Source of the DNA: Demequinaceae bacterium
Lineage (GTDB): Bacteria; Actinomycetota; Actinomycetes; Actinomycetales; Demequinaceae
NCBI GenBank assembly: GCA_965250005.1
Contig: OZ252279.1
Span: forward strand, 1,140,001-1,172,000
DNA length: 32,000 bases
Direction of reading: 5' to 3'
A program made the translations under genes and the position numbers. Below the pieces are notes generated by a model, which did not search any database, was not told the DNA's origin, and worked only from the letters and a program-made list of their open reading frames with translations. Within the stretch, counting starts at the first letter, position 1; each line of letters opens with the position of its first letter. Of the stretch, positions 1 through 7,953 are shown in pieces.

Positions 1-18
1 ACCATCCGCCAGGCTCGC

Positions 19-1386
19 TCACTCGAGATCTAACTGCTTCGCGACGACGTCAGCAAGTTGCTGTGCGGTGGCGCGAGCTTCATCTTGAGTTTCAGCCTCG
101 ACCATAACCCGCACCAACGGCTCGGTCCCTGACGGACGGAGCAGCACTCGGCCGGCGTCGCCGAGCTTGGCTCGTGTTGCGGCGACGGCCGCCTGGAGTG
201 TCTCGTCCGTGTCCACGCGCGCCCGATCAACATTTGCTACGTTGATGAGTTCCTGGGGCAATGGCGCGATCACAGCGCAAAGGGTCTTCAGGGGCTGCTG
301 CACACGAGCGACCTCTGCGGCCAGCAAGAGAGCGGTGAGCACGCCGTCGCCGGTAGTCGCAAATTCAGAGACGATCACATGGCCCGACTGCTCCGCGCCG
401 AGCGAGTAGCCTCCCGCACGCATGGCTTCGAGCACGTAGCGGTCGCCAACCGGAGCCGTAATCACTTCAATTCCGGCGTTGCGCATCGCGCGGTGAAGCG
501 CGAGATTGCTCATCACTGTTGCCACGAGCGTGTCCGCGTAGAGAGTGCCCGAACGCTTCATTGAACTGGCGAGCACACCCATAATCTGGTCACCGTCAAC
601 GCTATTGCCTTCGTGATCAACCGCGAGACACCTGTCAGCGTCCCCGTCAAAGGCGACACCGAGGTCGGCTCCGGCCGCAATCACGGCCGTCTGGAGCCCC
701 TCCAAGTGGGTTGAGCCGACGCCGTCGTTGATGTTGCGGCCGTCCGGCGCAGCATTGGTGACCGTGACGTTTGCGCCGGCTGCCTTGAGCGCCGCAGGCC
801 CCACTTTGCTGGCAGCGCCATTTGCTGCGTCGACAACAACCGATACCCCACGCAAAGGTTGGTCCTTGCCAGCAAATTTTTGCGCGGCTGCAACGACGTG
901 CCTGACGTATTCCTGCTCGAGGTCACTCGCGCTATCGATGTTTCCGACATCTTCGCCAATGGGGCGCTCCCAATCTTGGCCGATGCGTTCCTCAATCGCC
1001 GCCTCGATCGCGTCGTCAAGCTTGTGCCCGCCGCGGGAGAAGAATTTTATGCCATTGTCGGGCATAGCGTTGTGTGACGCGGAGATAGCGACGCCGAGGT
1101 CTGCCCCCGTCGACGCGACCAAGTAGGCGATTCCTGGCGTTGGCAAGACGCCAACGTCTATGACGTCGACGCCCGCACTCGCGAGCCCCGCGCTCACGGC
1201 ACCGCTCAGCATTGGCCCGGACAGACGCGTGTCGCGCCCGACAATCGCGCGCGGCCGATGGCCAGAGAACTCGCCGCGCGCGTTGAGCTCGTGGGCAGCG
1301 CATACCGCAAGACTTAGCGCGAGTTCTGCAGTGACCTCGCGATTCGCGAGGCCACGAACTCCGTCCGTCCCAAACAGTCGCGCCAT
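19..1386 (-). CDS. glmM: phosphoglucosamine mutase
   Basis: Starts [15 protein letters not shown] (typical GlmM N-terminus). Has the phosphoserine motif [15 protein letters not shown] and the metal-binding motif FDGDADR. The ATG at 1384-1386 was checked. The ORF-track extension to 1638 overlaps rpsI and was trimmed. Confidence 0.92.
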   Translation of the reverse strand: MARLFGTDGVRGLANREVTAELALSLAVCAAHELNARGEFSGHRPRAIVGRDTRLSGPMLSGAVSAGLASAGVDVIDVGVLPTPGIAYLVASTGADLGVAISASHNAMPDNGIKFFSRGGHKLDDAIEAAIEERIGQDWERPIGEDVGNIDSASDLEQEYVRHVVAAAQKFAGKDQPLRGVSVVVDAANGAASKVGPAALKAAGANVTVTNAAPDGRNINDGVGSTHLEGLQTAVIAAGADLGVAFDGDADRCLAVDHEGNSVDGDQIMGVLASSMKRSGTLYADTLVATVMSNLALHRAMRNAGIEVITAPVGDRYVLEAMRAGGYSLGAEQSGHVIVSEFATTGDGVLTALLLAAEVARVQQPLKTLCAVIAPLPQELINVANVDRARVDTDETLQAAVAATRAKLGDAGRVLLRPSGTEPLVRVMVEAETQDEARATAQQLADVVAKQLDLE

Positions 1387-1396
1387 GCGCGCAATG

Positions 1397-2008
1397 CTAT
1401 CGCTTGGAGTACTGCGGAGCGCGACGGGCCTTTTTGAGACCTGCCTTCTTCCGTTCGACTGCACGCGCGTCGCGCGTAAGGAAGCCAGCGCTCTTAAGTT
1501 CGGCTCGGTTGGCTTCGCCGTCGATCTCGTTGAGGGCACGTGCCACGCCGAGGCGCAGGGCACCGGCCTGGCCTGAGGGCCCACCGCCCGTAATGCGAGC
1601 ATGCACGTCGAACTTGTCCTCGATGTCGAGAAGCGCAAACGGGCTGTTGACGAGCTGCTGGTGAACTTTGTTCGGGAAGTAGGTGTCGAGATCGCGGCCG
1701 TTGAGGAGCCACTGCCCGCTTCCAGGAACTAGGCGCACGCGCGCGACGGCTTCCTTGCGGCGGCCAAGGCCCGCACCGGGCTCGATGGCGGACTGTCCGA
1801 GACCGCGCTCGCGCACCGTCTCCGTTGAATACTCGGGCGCGCCTTCACCCTCAACGGGTGCGCTTGACACGGGTGCGCCCTCTTCTGGAGTTGCCGCTGC
1901 TTCCGGAGCTGCGGCTGCGGTGGTCTGGACCTCAGTGGCTTTGACCTCAGCGGCCTCGACCTCAGTGGTCTCGGGCATGGTCTCGTTCGTTGCTTCAGGC
2001 ACTGTCAT
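1397..2008 (-). CDS. rpsI: 30S ribosomal protein S9, with a long low-complexity N-terminal extension
   Basis: C-terminal two thirds is canonical S9 ([12 protein letters not shown]...[19 protein letters not shown]...[12 protein letters not shown]). ATG at 2006-2008 lies 4 nt after AAAGGAAA, 18 nt downstream of the rplM stop. Confidence 0.93.
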   Translation of the reverse strand: MTVPEATNETMPETTEVEAAEVKATEVQTTAAAAPEAAATPEEGAPVSSAPVEGEGAPEYSTETVRERGLGQSAIEPGAGLGRRKEAVARVRLVPGSGQWLLNGRDLDTYFPNKVHQQLVNSPFALLDIEDKFDVHARITGGGPSGQAGALRLGVARALNEIDGEANRAELKSAGFLTRDARAVERKKAGLKKARRAPQYSKR

Positions 2009-2026
2009 TTTCCTTTTCGCCCGCGC

Positions 2027-2470
2027 TTACTGCGCGACCTGCGTGATTTCGAAGGGCTGCGGCTGCTGCGCGGCGTGGGGATGCTCCGCGCCTGCATAGA
2101 CCTTGAGCTTACTGAGCTGCGAACGGCCGAGCTTGGTCTTGGGGAGCATGCCCTTGACCGCGTTCTCGATGACGCGGGTGGGGTGCCTCTCTAGAACCTT
2201 GCCGATCGGGACACTGGAGAGGCCACCCGGGAAGCCCGAGTGACGGTGAACCAGCTTCTTGTCTGCCTTGTCGCCGGTCAGGGCGACTTTCTCTGCGTTG
2301 ACGACGATGACGAAGTCGCCGCCGTCCACGTGGGGCGCGAAGGTGGGCTTGTGCTTGCCGCGGATCAGCGTGGCTGCCTGAGACGCGAGGCGCCCGAGCA
2401 CGACGTCGTTGGCGTCGATAATGTGCCACGACGAGGTGACGTCGCCCGGCTTGGGGGAATAGGTGCGCAC
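2027..2470 (-). CDS. rplM: 50S ribosomal protein L13
   Basis: 147 aa from a GTG start (cac at 2468-2470): (V)[29 protein letters not shown], typical L13. GAAGG lies upstream. The ORF-track extension to 2698 overlaps truA and was trimmed. Confidence 0.9.
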   Translation of the reverse strand: MRTYSPKPGDVTSSWHIIDANDVVLGRLASQAATLIRGKHKPTFAPHVDGGDFVIVVNAEKVALTGDKADKKLVHRHSGFPGGLSSVPIGKVLERHPTRVIENAVKGMLPKTKLGRSQLSKLKVYAGAEHPHAAQQPQPFEITQVAQ

Positions 2471-2602
2471 TTCAGGCCTTCTTCGTTGTTCGGTGGATGC
2501 TACTGCTCGAATTCGCTGAAGACTCAGCAGAAACTGTTGGCTGGCGTACCCCGTGGCGGCGTAAGAACTCACCGAGCGCGGTTGAACGCACAACGACCCA
2601 CG

Positions 2603-2631
2603 AGCATACCGGTCGAGAGGCTGAAACTCAA
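2603..2631 (-). promoter_or_regulatory. candidate sigma-70/HrdB-type promoter for rplM-rpsI-glmM
   Basis: Minus-sense TTGAGT (2626-2631), 17-nt spacer, TATGCT (2603-2608). The -35 element overlaps the truA TGA stop. It would give a leader of about 125 nt. Confidence 0.45.
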
Positions 2632-3494
2632 TCCAGAGTCCGCTTCGCCCGCGTCTGTTCCGCGCGTTCGCCGAGTTTGCCGTCCTGCGGGTAGGCAACG
2701 TCGTCCAAGGTAAGGGCGTGGGGCGGAGCTACCGTAACGGCCGATGTCCTCGCCGAGGACCCCGCGACGTGTGCAAGCCACGCGAGGTCACGCCGCCCCT
2801 CCCCCACCGCCAGAACGGCGCCTACGAGCGAGCGCACCATCGAATGGCAGAACGCGTCGGCCTTGAGCGTAGCGACCGCCAGATGGGCATCTGCGCCTTC
2901 CTGCGGCCGTTCCCAGGAGAACTCCGCGAGACTGCGGATGGTCGTCGATCCCTCGCGGGCCCGGCAGAAGGGAGCAAAATCGCGCAAACCCGTGAGCGTC
3001 GCCGACGCGGCGTTCAACACGACGATGTCGAGTTCGCGTGGATGCCAGAGCACCTCGCGCCGGCGCAAGGGCTCCTCGGTGGCCTTCTGGTCACTCACCC
3101 TGTACGTGTAACGCCGCTCCGTCGCACTAAAGCGCGCGTCAAACCCCGCCGGTGCTAGATCCACCGCCCACACAACAATGTCCCTCGGTAACACTCCCGC
3201 TAGTCTGTTCCGCATCCCTTCTGCCTCGGAGCGCTGCATTCTGCCCGGCATCGCGCCCCAAGCATCTGCGGGAAAATCAACGTGCGCAACCTGCCCGCGC
3301 GCGTGCACGCCGGCATCGGTGCGCCCCGCGACCGTCACGCGCAGCGGTTCGTCCCGTCTCGCCAAACGCGTGAGTCCGTGCGCGAGCACGCCCTCAACCG
3401 TTCGCAATCCGGGCTGGGCCGCCCAGCCCGAGAAGTCCGTGCCGTCATAGGAAAGGCGAAGGCGGACCCGCACGACCTGATCTGATTCGGTCAT
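2628..3494 (-). CDS. truA: tRNA pseudouridine(38-40) synthase
   Basis: N-terminus [20 protein letters not shown] and catalytic motif GRTDAGVHA are typical TruA. Preferred start is the ATG at 3492-3494, preceded by GAAGGCGGA. The ORF stays open to a TTG at 3509. Confidence 0.88.
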   Translation of the reverse strand: MTESDQVVRVRLRLSYDGTDFSGWAAQPGLRTVEGVLAHGLTRLARRDEPLRVTVAGRTDAGVHARGQVAHVDFPADAWGAMPGRMQRSEAEGMRNRLAGVLPRDIVVWAVDLAPAGFDARFSATERRYTYRVSDQKATEEPLRRREVLWHPRELDIVVLNAASATLTGLRDFAPFCRAREGSTTIRSLAEFSWERPQEGADAHLAVATLKADAFCHSMVRSLVGAVLAVGEGRRDLAWLAHVAGSSARTSAVTVAPPHALTLDDVAYPQDGKLGERAEQTRAKRTLD

Positions 3495-3529
3495 GGGATC
3501 CGCCTTCAATGTGTGCGCGACGCGCGTGA

Positions 3530-4030
3530 CTACTTGTCGTCCTTCTTTGCCGCAGGCTTCTTAGTTGCAGTTTTCTTGGCAGCGGGCTTCTTGCCTTCGG
3601 CCTTGGCCTCAGTACTCGCCGCCCTGGTAGCGGCGGCGGTCGCCTCGGCAACCACCTGTTGCTTGGCACTTCCGGAACCTTCGACCAGCTCGATCACCGC
3701 CATGGGGGCGTTGTCTCCCTTACGGGGCCCAACCTTGGTGATGCGGGTGTAGCCACCGTTGCGGTCGGCAAACGCCGGGCCGATTTCCATGAAGAGGTGG
3801 TGAACGACGGACTTGTCGTTGATGATGCCGAGAACTCGACGGCGCGACGCGAGGTCGCCCCGCTTCGCGAACGTCACGATGCGCTCGGCGTAGGGGCGCA
3901 GGCGCTTGGCCTTCGCTGTGGTCGTGGTGATACGGCCGTATTCGAACAGGTTCTGCGCCAGGTTCGCGAGCATGAGCCGCTCGTGGGCCGGTCCGCCGCC
4001 TAGGCGGGCACCCTTGGTGGGGGTAGGCAT
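3530..4030 (-). CDS. rplQ: 50S ribosomal protein L17, with a Lys/Ala-rich C-terminal tail
   Basis: [37 protein letters not shown]...GGYTRI is canonical L17. ATG at 4028-4030. Confidence 0.93.
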   Translation of the reverse strand: MPTPTKGARLGGGPAHERLMLANLAQNLFEYGRITTTTAKAKRLRPYAERIVTFAKRGDLASRRRVLGIINDKSVVHHLFMEIGPAFADRNGGYTRITKVGPRKGDNAPMAVIELVEGSGSAKQQVVAEATAAATRAASTEAKAEGKKPAAKKTATKKPAAKKDDK

Positions 4031-4044
4031 ATCGTGTTCTCCTC

Positions 4045-5040
4045 TTAACTTTCTTCGTTGCCCGAGAAGTACACGCCGCCAGCTGCGGCCGCGTCGTACT
4101 CAGTGCCACTGTCCTTGAGGGAGAAGCCCAGCTCGACGAGCTTCTCCTTCACCTCAGTAATGGACTTCTGGCCAAAGTTGCGGATATCCATGAGATCGGC
4201 TTCGCTGCGTGCAGTGAGCTCTCCCACGGTGTGGATGCCTTCGCGCTTGAGGCAGTTATACGAACGCTGCGTCAGGTTGAGGTCCTCAACTGGCAGATTG
4301 TAGTCCTCCTCAAGCGCTTCGTCGGAGTCCGACGGACCGATCTCGATGCCCTCAGCCTCCTCGTTGAGCGCCCGTGCCAGCGAGAAGAGCTCAACCAGCG
4401 TCGAGCCGGCCGATGCGACGGCATCACGGGCCGTAATCGAGGACTTAGTCTCGACATCGATGATCAGTTCGTCAAAGTCCGTGCGCTGGGCGACGCGGGT
4501 GGCGTCGACCTTGTACGTGACCTTGAGAACCGGCGAGTAGATCGAGTCCACCGGAATTTGGCCGATCTCGGCGTCGTACGACTTGTTGAGCGTCGCGGGG
4601 ACGTAGCCCCGGCCGCGCTCCACCGTCAGTTCGACCTCGAACTTGGCCTTGGCGTTCAGCGTCGCGATGTGGAGATCCGAGTTGTGAATCTCGACACCGG
4701 CAGGAGGCGCGATGTCGGCGGCGGTAACCGCGCCAGCACCCCTCTTGCGCAAGTACATGATGACGGGCTCGTCGTTCTCTGAGGAGACCACCAGGTTCTT
4801 GAGGTTGAGGAGGATCTCGGTGACGTCCTCCTTCACCCCCTCGATGGTGGTGAACTCGTGAAGCACGCCTTCGAAGCGAACCGAAGTAATGGCCGCTCCG
4901 GGAATCGACGACAGGAGCGTACGACGCAACGAGTTTCCGAGCGTGTAGCCAAAGCCCGGCTCGAGTGGCTTGAGCGAGAACTGTGACCTGTTATCCGAGA
5001 TGACCTTCTCTGTGAGGGTGGGACGCTGTGCAATCAGCAC
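4045..5040 (-). CDS. rpoA: DNA-directed RNA polymerase subunit alpha
   Basis: (V)[50 protein letters not shown] at 5038-5040 has GGAAAGGAAA with about 7 nt spacing. The upstream GTG at 5061 has no SD. Confidence 0.9.
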   Translation of the reverse strand: MLIAQRPTLTEKVISDNRSQFSLKPLEPGFGYTLGNSLRRTLLSSIPGAAITSVRFEGVLHEFTTIEGVKEDVTEILLNLKNLVVSSENDEPVIMYLRKRGAGAVTAADIAPPAGVEIHNSDLHIATLNAKAKFEVELTVERGRGYVPATLNKSYDAEIGQIPVDSIYSPVLKVTYKVDATRVAQRTDFDELIIDVETKSSITARDAVASAGSTLVELFSLARALNEEAEGIEIGPSDSDEALEEDYNLPVEDLNLTQRSYNCLKREGIHTVGELTARSEADLMDIRNFGQKSITEVKEKLVELGFSLKDSGTEYDAAAAGGVYFSGNEES

Positions 5041-5180
5041 GATGGTTTCCTTTCCGAGCACCCGCTATTTGATGCTCGAGGGTCCCTGGGGCTCCAGCCG
5101 CCCTAGGGGTAGTGCCTGTTCAATTTGGTGCTGGCACGGGAAGGCCCGAGCCAGCGGCTTGCGCCTTTCAGCGCTGACGG

Positions 5181-5570
5181 TTAGTTGCGGCGACGCTTGG
5201 GAAGGCGACAGCCGTTGTGCGCCTGCGGCGTAACGTCCTTGATGGACGTGACCTCGAGGCCGGCTGCGGTGAGCGAGCGGATCGCGGTGTCGCGACCTGA
5301 GCCCGGTCCCTTGACGAAGACGTCAACCTTGGACATTCCGGCGTCCTTCGCTTTGCGAGCTGCTGCCTCTGCGGCGAGCTGCGCGGCGAACGGTGTGGAC
5401 TTGCGAGAGCCCTTGTAGCCGACTTGTCCAGACGACGACCACGAAACAACCGCACCCGAGGGATCGGTGATCGAGATGATCGTGTTGTTGAACGTGGACC
5501 GAATGTGAGCTTGTCCGTGATCGACGGTCTTCTTGGCCTTCTTGCGAGGCTTGCGTACGGGAGCGGCCAT
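5181..5570 (-). CDS. rpsK: 30S ribosomal protein S11
   Basis: [30 protein letters not shown]...[12 protein letters not shown]...[13 protein letters not shown] is canonical S11. Confidence 0.95.
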   Translation of the reverse strand: MAAPVRKPRKKAKKTVDHGQAHIRSTFNNTIISITDPSGAVVSWSSSGQVGYKGSRKSTPFAAQLAAEAAARKAKDAGMSKVDVFVKGPGSGRDTAIRSLTAAGLEVTSIKDVTPQAHNGCRLPKRRRN

Positions 5571-5572
5571 GG

Positions 5573-5944
5573 CTATACCTTCTTCCTTCCAGCAACAGTC
5601 TTCTTGGGGCCCTTACGGGTGCGCGCGTTGGTCTTGGTGCGCTGGCCGCGAACTGGCATGCCGCGACGGTGGCGAATGCCTTGGTAAGTGCCAATCTCGA
5701 CCTTGCGGCGAATGTCGGCCTGAACCTCGCGGCGCAGGTCACCTTCCACCTGGAAGTTGGCTTCAATATAGTCGCGGATCGCAACCAGCTCGGTGTCTCC
5801 CGCATCCTTCACGCGCATGTCGGGGCTTATTTTTGTAGCCGCCAGAATCTGCTGTGCCCGGGTGCGGCCGATACCGTAAACATATGTAAGTGCAACCTCG
5901 AAGCGCTTGTCGCGCGGGAGATCGACTCCAACTATTCGTGCCAT
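5573..5944 (-). CDS. rpsM: 30S ribosomal protein S13
   Basis: [30 protein letters not shown]...[24 protein letters not shown] is canonical S13. Confidence 0.95.
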   Translation of the reverse strand: MARIVGVDLPRDKRFEVALTYVYGIGRTRAQQILAATKISPDMRVKDAGDTELVAIRDYIEANFQVEGDLRREVQADIRRKVEIGTYQGIRHRRGMPVRGQRTKTNARTRKGPKKTVAGRKKV

Positions 5945-6008
5945 GGGCTTCTACTCCATTGCTATTCGGAGGTCTAATTCCCTGCCATCCCCCAGTTTTG
6001 ACTGCGGG

Positions 6009-6028
6009 CCCCGGCCTCCGAGCCGGGG
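6009..6028 (-). other. short GC stem-loop in the rpmJ-rpsM spacer
   Basis: CCCCGGC (6009-6015), loop CTCCGA, GCCGGGG (6022-6028): 7-bp perfect stem with no U-tract. Confidence 0.35.
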
Positions 6029-6089
6029 GTTCCGGCGCGTGCGCGACGGTGGCTGAGCTATTCGATATCTAGTTGTGTGTTGAGATCTG

Positions 6090-6203
6090 TTAGCCCTGTC
6101 GCTGCTTATGGCGCAGGTTCTCGCAAATCACCATCACGCGACCGTTGCGACGAATAACCTTGCACTTGTCGCAAATCGGCTTGACGCTGGGCTTGACCTT
6201 CAT
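6090..6203 (-). CDS. rpmJ: 50S ribosomal protein L36 (zinc-binding type)
   Basis: Not in the ORF track because it is under 60 aa. Hand translation gives [37 protein letters not shown] (37 aa). ATG at 6201-6203, TAA at 6090-6092, AAGGAAG SD upstream. Confidence 0.9.
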   Translation of the reverse strand: MKVKPSVKPICDKCKVIRRNGRVMVICENLRHKQRQG

Positions 6204-6262
6204 GAGTTCTTCCTTTGAGGCAGGCGCTGACACGCGGATGCGCGCTCAACTACTGCGACGGG

Positions 6263-6484
6263 TTACTTGTAGCGGTAGACAATCCGGCCGCGGGACAGGT
6301 CGTATGGCGTGAGCTCCACCACTACACGATCCTCGGGGAGGATCCGGATGTAGTGCTGGCGCATCTTGCCTGAGATGTGTGCGAGGACGAGGTGCCCGTT
6401 GGCCAACTCAACGCGAAAAGACGCGTTCGGCAACGCCTCAACAACGATGCCCTCCATCTCGATGACGCCGTCTTTCTTAGCCAT
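6263..6484 (-). CDS. infA: translation initiation factor IF-1
   Basis: [73 protein letters not shown] is canonical IF-1. Confidence 0.96.
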   Translation of the reverse strand: MAKKDGVIEMEGIVVEALPNASFRVELANGHLVLAHISGKMRQHYIRILPEDRVVVELTPYDLSRGRIVYRYK

Positions 6485-6542
6485 TTACTCCACTAACGTA
6501 GGCGAAACTTGTTACGGGCGCACGAAAATTGCCCGACCGACA

Positions 6543-6571
6543 ACTATACGGATCTAGCGCCTCAAACACAA
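6543..6571 (-). promoter_or_regulatory. candidate promoter for infA-rpmJ
   Basis: Minus-sense TTGTGT (6566-6571), 17-nt spacer, TATAGT (6543-6548), about 60 nt upstream of the infA ATG and directly after the upstream terminator hairpin. Confidence 0.5.
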
Positions 6572-6607
6572 CTGCGCGCCGTACCTCGGGTGAGGTCGGC
6601 GCGCAGT
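6571..6607 (-). terminator. stem-loop terminator downstream of the 104-aa ORF
   Basis: ACTGCGCGCCG (6571-6581) pairs perfectly with CGGCGCGCAGT (6597-6607), 11 bp. An inner ACCTC/GAGGT 5-bp extension is present. In minus sense it is followed by TGTGTTTG and lies 20 nt after the stop at 6627. Confidence 0.65.
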
Positions 6608-6626
6608 CTATTGGGAACTTCTGTCG

Positions 6627-6941
6627 CTACGGAAGGTTCCTCCTGAGACGCACGAGTGCTGCGTCACGGATTTCCGAGCGGCGGTGCTCGGCCAACTGAC
6701 GGATCAATGTCTCTGGCGCACGCCCGTTGCGCACAAGCGCTCCGAGCACGTCCGGATTGCGGTCATGCCCCAAGGCGAGCAGAGCGCCCATGGGACAATC
6801 AGGTCGCGAGGCGACTGCCGCGCGGACTTCGGGGTTGCGGTGAACAGCAAGCGGGAGCAGGTCCACGCCGGTGATGTTCGGATCAAGCGCGCGTGCTATG
6901 TCGTCTGTCACGCGCTTTGCTGGGGACATTCCGAGTGCCAT
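6627..6941 (-). CDS. small hypothetical protein with three LRV/HEAT-like repeats
   Basis: 104-aa ORF. ATG at 6939-6941 is preceded by GAAAGGTGG with 7-nt spacing, and the ORF has its own terminator. Three repeats of about 25 aa: LLPLAVHRNPEVRAAVASRPDCP / LLALGHDRNPDVLGALVRNGRAP / IRQLAEHRRSEIRDAALVRL. Function unknown. Confidence 0.6.
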   Translation of the reverse strand: MALGMSPAKRVTDDIARALDPNITGVDLLPLAVHRNPEVRAAVASRPDCPMGALLALGHDRNPDVLGALVRNGRAPETLIRQLAEHRRSEIRDAALVRLRRNLP

Positions 6942-7023
6942 CGGTCAGCCACCTTTCTGAGGGTTCCGTCTGCCTTTATCGTATGCACGGGAGCAAGAAT
7001 TACTAGCCCCTTGTGACGAAGTA

Positions 7024-7044
7024 GACAGGCCCCTCAGGCCTGTC
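7024..7044 (-). terminator. GC stem-loop, possibly the distal terminator of the secY-adk transcript
   Basis: GACAGGCC (7024-7031), loop CCTCA, GGCCTGTC (7037-7044): 8-bp perfect stem with no clear U-tract. It lies about 330 nt downstream of the adk stop and about 80 nt upstream of the 104-aa ORF. Confidence 0.35.
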
Positions 7045-7374
7045 CAACCTTCCGCGTAGCGCCATTCAAACACGAACGCGAAACATTACTTCCTTCATGG
7101 TTGTTCATCCGAGAAACGCGTAGCACTTGAGATTTGTTCCCCTCGGCCACAAATTCGCCATAATTGGGGGCACAGCATGTGGGGGCAGCAAGAGGCCTGA
7201 CCGGACCTCAATCCTCTGCTTGCCCAACGCGGATCTGTACTCTCGGGCCCGGCGGGACGGCGAATCCGTGAACATCTGCGCGCGGTGGCGCTTGCTCGGT
7301 ACCATTCCGGCATAACCGATACCGGTCCGGTTTGCTCGCATCAGCCGTCTTCGGAGGGCGCGCGGCGCCGACTT

Positions 7375-7953
7375 TCAGCCTCGTGGCTGGCGGCCTTCGA
7401 TCGCGGCCAAGAGCCTCTCTGTGACCTCGTCGACGCTGCCTCGCCCGTCTACCTGGGTCAGGAGGCCCTTGCCTTCGTAGAAGGCCGCAACGGGCGCCGT
7501 CTCGTCGGTGTAGACCTCGAGGCGGGTGCGCACGACCGACTTCGTGTCGTCGGCGCGGCCCTCGATCTCCGCACGTTTCATCAGCCGAGCGGTGACCTCG
7601 TCAAAGTCCGCAGTGATCTCAACTGCGACGTCAATATCAACGCCCAGGTCCACAAGCATCAGATCAAGTTCGACGGCCTGATCCGGATTGCGCGGGTACC
7701 CATCTAGCAGGAACCCCTGTGTAACGTCGTCCTCAGCAAGCCTGGTCCGCACCATGTCGTTTGTCACCTCGTCGGGGACCAACTCGCCTGCGTCCATGAA
7801 ACTCTTGGCCTTCAGCCCAAGCTCAGTATTGCCGCCCACGTTGGCGCGGAAGATGTCACCAGTCGAGATTGCGGGGACGCCGTAGTGGACCGCCAGTCTG
7901 GCCGCCTGCGTACCCTTTCCCGCGCCGGGCGGGCCTAAAAAGACTGCGCGCAT
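7375..7953 (-). CDS. adk: adenylate kinase
   Basis: MRAVFLGPPGAGKGTQAARLA (P-loop)...ISTGDIFRA...LLDGYPRN is canonical Adk without the Zn-lid cysteines. The ATG directly abuts the secY TAG (TAGATG). Confidence 0.95.
   Translation of the reverse strand: MRAVFLGPPGAGKGTQAARLAVHYGVPAISTGDIFRANVGGNTELGLKAKSFMDAGELVPDEVTNDMVRTRLAEDDVTQGFLLDGYPRNPDQAVELDLMLVDLGVDIDVAVEITADFDEVTARLMKRAEIEGRADDTKSVVRTRLEVYTDETAPVAAFYEGKGLLTQVDGRGSVDEVTERLLAAIEGRQPRG

Noticed and set aside
1387-1638. 5' extensions of ORF-track calls: glmM to 1638, rplM to 2698, truA to 3509, rpoA to 5061, rplF to 12143, rplB to 17133, rpoB to 31261.
   Set aside because: The extensions overlap the upstream conserved gene or lack an SD, and they have no homology-like sequence. 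Internal starts match canonical N-termini and have SD sequences.
7160-7190. Two CCCCC tracts on the minus strand, reminiscent of the actinobacterial 6C RNA.
   Set aside because: I could not pair the flanks into the two C-loop hairpins that define 6C RNA. The resemblance is limited to composition. The region is kept only as part of the island finding.
7095-7341. 72-aa and 78-aa minus-strand ORFs and a 62-aa plus-strand ORF in the adk-infA island. The 78-aa frame is in frame with adk, and the frame stays open from the adk TGA for about 89 codons.
   Set aside because: There is no SD and no recognisable motif. In particular none of the MetAP signatures (GHGIG, FTIEP, EHT) are present. All three frames are similarly open, which is expected by chance in GC-rich DNA. 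Stop-codon read-through of adk is unsupported.
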